Shown: one piece after another, positions 59,713-64,000 of the stretch
How the letters are laid out: every line of letters begins with the position of its first letter
Numbering within the stretch: position 1 is the first letter of the stretch
Source of the DNA: a bacterium
GTDB lineage: Bacteria; Zhuqueibacterota; Zhuqueibacteria; Residuimicrobiales; Krinioviventaceae
Length of the DNA stretch: 64,000 bases
Direction of reading: 5' to 3'
Assembly (NCBI GenBank): GCA_963674595.2
Contig: CAXXFV010000009.1
Coordinates: 1-64,000 of the forward strand
Notes under the pieces: generated by a model
Seen by the model: the letters and a program-made list of their open reading frames with translations, nothing else
Told to the model about the DNA's origin: nothing
The model's database searches: none
Translations under genes and position numbers: made by a program

Positions 59713-61143
59713 GTGATGAACATTAAAAGAACTTTATTCGCTTTGTTGTTTGCTGTTTGTGTAATAGCAAGTTGTAAAAATGATTCTAATGAACTTGTCG
59801 GTGTTGTTAACAAACCTCCGGAAATTAAAAGCATCAATGCAGAGCCTGCTCAGATTGGTATAAACCAATCATCAACGCTCTCTGTAAATGCAACGGATGA
59901 TAATAAAGATGAATTGACCTATTTGTGGACTACAAATGGCGGCTGCTTTTTACAAGGAAGTGACAGAAAATATGCCATGTGGAAAGCTCCAACTGAATTG
60001 GGCCGTTATGAATGTCTGGTTACAGTGAGTGACGGCGCTGAGCAAGTTCAAAAGAGCATCTCAGTCGATGTCATTGATGTTCCAGTTTTAAAAGTGTCGC
60101 ATACAGTAATAGACTTTAGTTACAATCTTTTAACGCAGACTTTTGAGATTGAAAATAACGGCAATGTTGAATTAGACTGGACGGTTCAAACAAAATCAAA
60201 CTGGATAACAATAACCCCTGCGAACGGAACAACGACGGATGAATCGGACAAGATAACCGTAACAATTGATAAGACCAATCTTATGGCCGGAGAGTTTATA
60301 GGAGTCATTGGCGTCAAATCAAATGGTGGAAATCGCGATATTCTTCTCTCCGGTTCCAAGTTTATTAAACCGGAAATGGTGTATGTCCCTGCTGGTGAAT
60401 ATACGATTGGAAGTGACGATGGCGACGAGGCTGATGGACCGGTCCATACAGTCTCTCTTGAGGGGTTTTGGATCGATAAATACGAAGTAACATATTTGGA
60501 ATATGTAGAGTTTTTGAATGACCTTTTTAGAAAAGGAGAGTTAGAGGTTGGAGACTGTCTGAATGGAAAGGGTGTTAAACGCGATGATAAGTGGTTGTTA
60601 AGTTATTATAATGTATTTTTCGAACCTGTAGGTGTTGACAGTCCTATTGATTTTGAGGATTTAACTTTTACTGTTGAGCGTGGTTATGAAAATCACCCGG
60701 TTCAATTCGTAACCTGGTATGGAGCCCAGGCCTTTGCAGAGTATCATAACAAACGTTTACCGACTGAGGCTGAATGGGAAGTAGCTGCCAGGGGCAGGGA
60801 TGCTTTCATTTATCCCTGGGGTGAAACTGATCCGAACCATTATATTTGTAATGCTAACGACAAAATTAAAGCACCGACAATGGTCGGCAGTTATAGCCCT
60901 TCGGGTGACAGTCCCTTTGGATGTTGTGATATGGCCGGAAATGTATTTGAATGGTGCAGCAGTCTTTTTATAAGTTATCCCTATGATGCTTCGGACGGCC
61001 GGGAAGATTTATCGAGCACTGATTATCGTTGTATAAGAGGCGGTTCTTTTGACGCGCCTTATATGGCAGTCAAGTGCTCTGCACGTTCATATAATGCACC
61101 TGATTTTTTTCACATTAGTTATGGTTTTAGGTGTGCAAAATAA
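59713..61143 (+). CDS. Lipoprotein with PKD/Ig-like, BACON-like and FGE/SUMF1-fold domains
   Basis: IASC lipobox; IDKYEVT, HPVQFVTW, RLPTEAEWE.AARG, DMAGNVFEW, RGGS...GFRC. Confidence 0.88.
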   Translation: MMNIKRTLFALLFAVCVIASCKNDSNELVGVVNKPPEIKSINAEPAQIGINQSSTLSVNATDDNKDELTYLWTTNGGCFLQGSDRKYAMWKAPTELGRYECLVTVSDGAEQVQKSISVDVIDVPVLKVSHTVIDFSYNLLTQTFEIENNGNVELDWTVQTKSNWITITPANGTTTDESDKITVTIDKTNLMAGEFIGVIGVKSNGGNRDILLSGSKFIKPEMVYVPAGEYTIGSDDGDEADGPVHTVSLEGFWIDKYEVTYLEYVEFLNDLFRKGELEVGDCLNGKGVKRDDKWLLSYYNVFFEPVGVDSPIDFEDLTFTVERGYENHPVQFVTWYGAQAFAEYHNKRLPTEAEWEVAARGRDAFIYPWGETDPNHYICNANDKIKAPTMVGSYSPSGDSPFGCCDMAGNVFEWCSSLFISYPYDASDGREDLSSTDYRCIRGGSFDAPYMAVKCSARSYNAPDFFHISYGFRCAK

Positions 61144-61212
61144 ACTAGTAATTAGAAACTAACTGTATAATTATATTTAAAATGAATTCGATTATGGAAA
61201 GGAAAGGAAACA

Positions 61213-62724
61213 ATGCATGGAGTTGATCTGTTTATTGTTATTGCGTATCTAACGGCTATACCTGCTTTTGGTTTTTATTTTCGAAAGTTTATAAAAACAG
61301 ATCAGGATTATTTTTTAGCCGGCAGAATGCTGCCCTGGTGGGTTATCAGTATGTCTATTATCGGCACTCAAGTTGGCGCCACAGATTATGTGGGTGCGGC
61401 CGGTGGTGCTTACCGGTTTGGTATTGCTCAGGCACACTATGAATGGATCGGTGCGCTTCCGGCAATGGTAATTTCTGCATTACTATTTATACCATATTAC
61501 TGGAAAGCCGGTGTCTATACCGTACCCGAATTTTTAGGTAGACGTTACAACTCTACTGTTCGGCTTGTTCAGGCGGTATTGTGGGCATCCTGGTTGATCT
61601 TTTTTTTAGGTGTTTTATTCTGGACCAGCGGGTTAATGCTGAATGAATATCTGGGGCTTCCCTTATGGTTGGGTTTATTGATAACGGCAACCATTGTAGG
61701 TGCTTATACCATTACAGGGGGGTTGGCGGCAGTAGCAATGACGGACGTCATTCAAACAGTTATTATGTATATTGGTGGAATTGCTTTATCAGCCTTGGGT
61801 TTGTGGGTTATCGGAGGATGGTCCGGGCTTGTCAGCAAAGTAACACCAACACATCCAAATCACCTGAAACTGTTTTTGCCGCTCGACCATTCAACCTATC
61901 CCTGGTTGGGAGTACTGTTAGGTTTGGCCTTTGTCATGGCGCCTGCATGGTGGTGTTGTAACCAGGCAATGATTCAACGAACCCTGGGTGCCAGATCAGA
62001 ATGGGACGCTAAAGCAGGGATGATCTTTGCAATGTTTCCTAAAATGCTTATCCCCTTCATTACTGTTTTACCAGGACTTATTGCTCTGTCTTTAAATCCG
62101 GAACTTGTCGGTGTAGATATGGATAAAGCCTATCCCTGGCTGATTAAAACACTATTGCCGACCGGACTTGCCGGATTGGTTTTTGCCTCATTTATGGCAG
62201 CACTCATTTCAAGTGTCGATTCAATTATCAATTCTGCAGCAACAATAATAACCTGGGATATTTATAAACGATATTTTGTTCAGGATGGCAGCAGTAAACA
62301 TTACCTGAATGTCGGCCGAATAATGACACTGGCATTTATTATTCTAGCCATAATTTTAGCGCCATTAACAAAATTATTCCCCGGTATTTTTGTCGCTGGT
62401 GCCACCATGTTGTCAATATTTCAGGGACCAACTTTTGGCATTACGTTGATAGGAATTTACTGGCGTCGATCAACACAATGGGGAGGCCTGGCCGGCTTAA
62501 TCGGTGGTGTAATAGTTTCCAGTATTTTATTTTTTGGTATTCATTGGAAATTTTTGTATATCGCCTGGTGGTCATTTGTAGCTTCCGTTATTATCAACTT
62601 TATAGTAAGCTGGTTGACAAAACCTGATCCTGTTGAAAAATTATACGGATTGGTTTATGGCCTGGTTATGCAAGATGATGATATTCAAAATGTTTTAAAC
62701 GATCGACTTGAAGGAGATAAATAA
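61213..62724 (+). CDS. Sodium:solute symporter (SSS, SGLT-like)
   Basis: DYFLAGR, TVPEFLGRRY, YTITGGLAAV.MTD.IQ, NQAMIQR, AALISSVDS. Confidence 0.93.
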   Translation: MHGVDLFIVIAYLTAIPAFGFYFRKFIKTDQDYFLAGRMLPWWVISMSIIGTQVGATDYVGAAGGAYRFGIAQAHYEWIGALPAMVISALLFIPYYWKAGVYTVPEFLGRRYNSTVRLVQAVLWASWLIFFLGVLFWTSGLMLNEYLGLPLWLGLLITATIVGAYTITGGLAAVAMTDVIQTVIMYIGGIALSALGLWVIGGWSGLVSKVTPTHPNHLKLFLPLDHSTYPWLGVLLGLAFVMAPAWWCCNQAMIQRTLGARSEWDAKAGMIFAMFPKMLIPFITVLPGLIALSLNPELVGVDMDKAYPWLIKTLLPTGLAGLVFASFMAALISSVDSIINSAATIITWDIYKRYFVQDGSSKHYLNVGRIMTLAFIILAIILAPLTKLFPGIFVAGATMLSIFQGPTFGITLIGIYWRRSTQWGGLAGLIGGVIVSSILFFGIHWKFLYIAWWSFVASVIINFIVSWLTKPDPVEKLYGLVYGLVMQDDDIQNVLNDRLEGDK

Positions 62725-62932
62725 ATGAAAGAATGGTTGAATAATATTCCATTGTTTTGGGCCCAGGTAATTGCTGTTATTACTTTTATTAGTGTCATTA
62801 TCTGGACCTGGTTCAGACCAAAAAAATATATTTATAAAGATGCTCCAAGTCAAAAAACTTTGGAGAGATTTAAGAGTTTGGGTTACAATATTTATGTTTT
62901 TTCAAATAGTTGCTTATTTGTATTTTGGTTGA
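62725..62932 (+). CDS. Small 2-TM membrane protein with a probable single-base error in an A6 run
   Basis: Removing one A at 62852-62857 gives ...DAPSQKLWRDLRVWVTIFMFFQIVAYLYFG*, a clean second TM helix. Confidence 0.65.
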
Positions 62933-62971
62933 GTTTAGGTTAAATATATTTTATTAAGATTGAGGAAAATT

Positions 62972-63187
62972 ATGAGTGAAACAAGTGAAAATAAAAACCA
63001 ATTTAACCCGTTAACCGTTATGGGAGTGTTTTGGTTTTCTTTCGGGGTTATTGTTTTGTTTGCTACAATTTTTATTAAGGAAACCCCTTATGTACCTATG
63101 ATAGCCAGCGTTATTACAAATTTACTGGCTGGTTCAATTTTATTTGGTGCCGGATTGTTATGTTTGTGGAAAGCTAAAAAACAATAG
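62972..63187 (+). CDS. Small 2-TM membrane protein
   Basis: GAGG SD before ATG 62972; two hydrophobic helices. Confidence 0.7.
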   Translation: MSETSENKNQFNPLTVMGVFWFSFGVIVLFATIFIKETPYVPMIASVITNLLAGSILFGAGLLCLWKAKKQ

Positions 63188-63225
63188 TGATTCATCGATT
63201 TGATAATATAATTTAAGGAGTAATA

Positions 63226-64000
63226 ATGGCTATTTCTCGCTCACCATATAATCCGATTATTTCACCCGAGGATGTTAAACCATCCCGGGAAGATTTTCAG
63301 GTTGTATGTGTTTTTAATGCCGGGGTAATCCGTTATAAAGAAAAAATATTGCTGTTAATGCGTGTTGCTGAAAAACCAAAAAATACGGATACATCGGTTG
63401 AGCTGGTTCCTGTTTTTGAACCTGGTGAAGGGAAAATTATTATAAAGTCTTTTCCAAAAAGTGATACGACAATTGATTTTTCTGATTCACGTTTTGTAAG
63501 AACTCCGACCGAACAATACCTGAGTTCCATTTCTCATATTCGTATAGCTGAAAGTACGGACGGTATTCATTTTGATATTCATGAACACCCTGCAATGGAA
63601 CCGGCTGATAAATATGAAATGTTTGGTATAGAAGATCCACGGATCGTTGAAATTGACGATACTTTTTATATTAACTATAGTGCGGTTTCTCCATTAGGAG
63701 CACAAATTGCACTTGCTTCAACCAAAGATTTTATCACATTTCAGCGGCATGGTATTATGTTTTGTCCGGATAACAGAGATGTTGAAATTTTCCCTGAAAA
63801 AATTAATGGTAAATATTATGCATTACACAGACCAAATTCCGGTGAATATAAAAAACGTGATGTCTGGATTGCCGAATCGAATGATTTGATATCATGGGGA
63901 AATCATAGACACGTAATGACTCCCCGGGCTCACAGTTGGGACAACGGCAGAGTCGGCGGCAGTGCGATTCCTATCCGGGTAAAAGACGGTTGGCTGGAAA
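63226..64000 (+). CDS. GH130 family glycoside phosphorylase (3' end beyond the window)
   Basis: Not in the ORF track. AAGGAG SD, ATG 63226: MAISRSPYNPIISP..VFNAG..LLMRVAE..YLSSISH..EDPRI..YSAVS..FPEKING..HRP. Confidence 0.9.
   Translation, partial: MAISRSPYNPIISPEDVKPSREDFQVVCVFNAGVIRYKEKILLLMRVAEKPKNTDTSVELVPVFEPGEGKIIIKSFPKSDTTIDFSDSRFVRTPTEQYLSSISHIRIAESTDGIHFDIHEHPAMEPADKYEMFGIEDPRIVEIDDTFYINYSAVSPLGAQIALASTKDFITFQRHGIMFCPDNRDVEIFPEKINGKYYALHRPNSGEYKKRDVWIAESNDLISWGNHRHVMTPRAHSWDNGRVGGSAIPIRVKDGWLE

Overview
All credible genes lie on the + strand, but the window seems to join two unrelated DNAs at about 8465. (1) 1-8465 is a glycan/surface-polysaccharide biosynthesis cluster: GT2, CgeB-like GT, carbamoyltransferase, GT4, DegT aminotransferase, 4,6-dehydratase, hexapeptide acetyltransferase and a GT4 cut off mid-domain. 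Codon and SD style look methanogenic-archaeal (Methanosarcinales-like; inference). (2) 8500-64000 is a ~55 kb diderm-bacterial glycan-utilisation locus, most like FCB-group KSB1/Calditrichota/Ignavibacteria (inference). It begins with a DeoR regulator, a TonB-dependent receptor with no SusD and a large Ca-binding partner protein; all three are riddled with indels, probably sequencing error. Then come seven FG-GAP/ASPIC-UnbV (CRTAC1-like) paralogs, a PorV/PorQ-like barrel, a 1630-aa non-catalytic protein built of 900-bp repeats, two YWTD-propeller proteins and other T9SS-type-CTD cargo, plus GH2, GH20, 2x GH130, 2x acetylesterase, nitrilase, EEP phosphoesterases and 2 SSS symporters. The best candidate for an undescribed system is a SusD-less, PorV-coupled surface-capture apparatus with an expanding paralog repertoire. 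Its duplication and CTD-swap breakpoints fall on the conserved QNYPNPFN-coding motif. No rRNA, tRNA, CRISPR array, transposase, integrase or reverse transcriptase was recognised.
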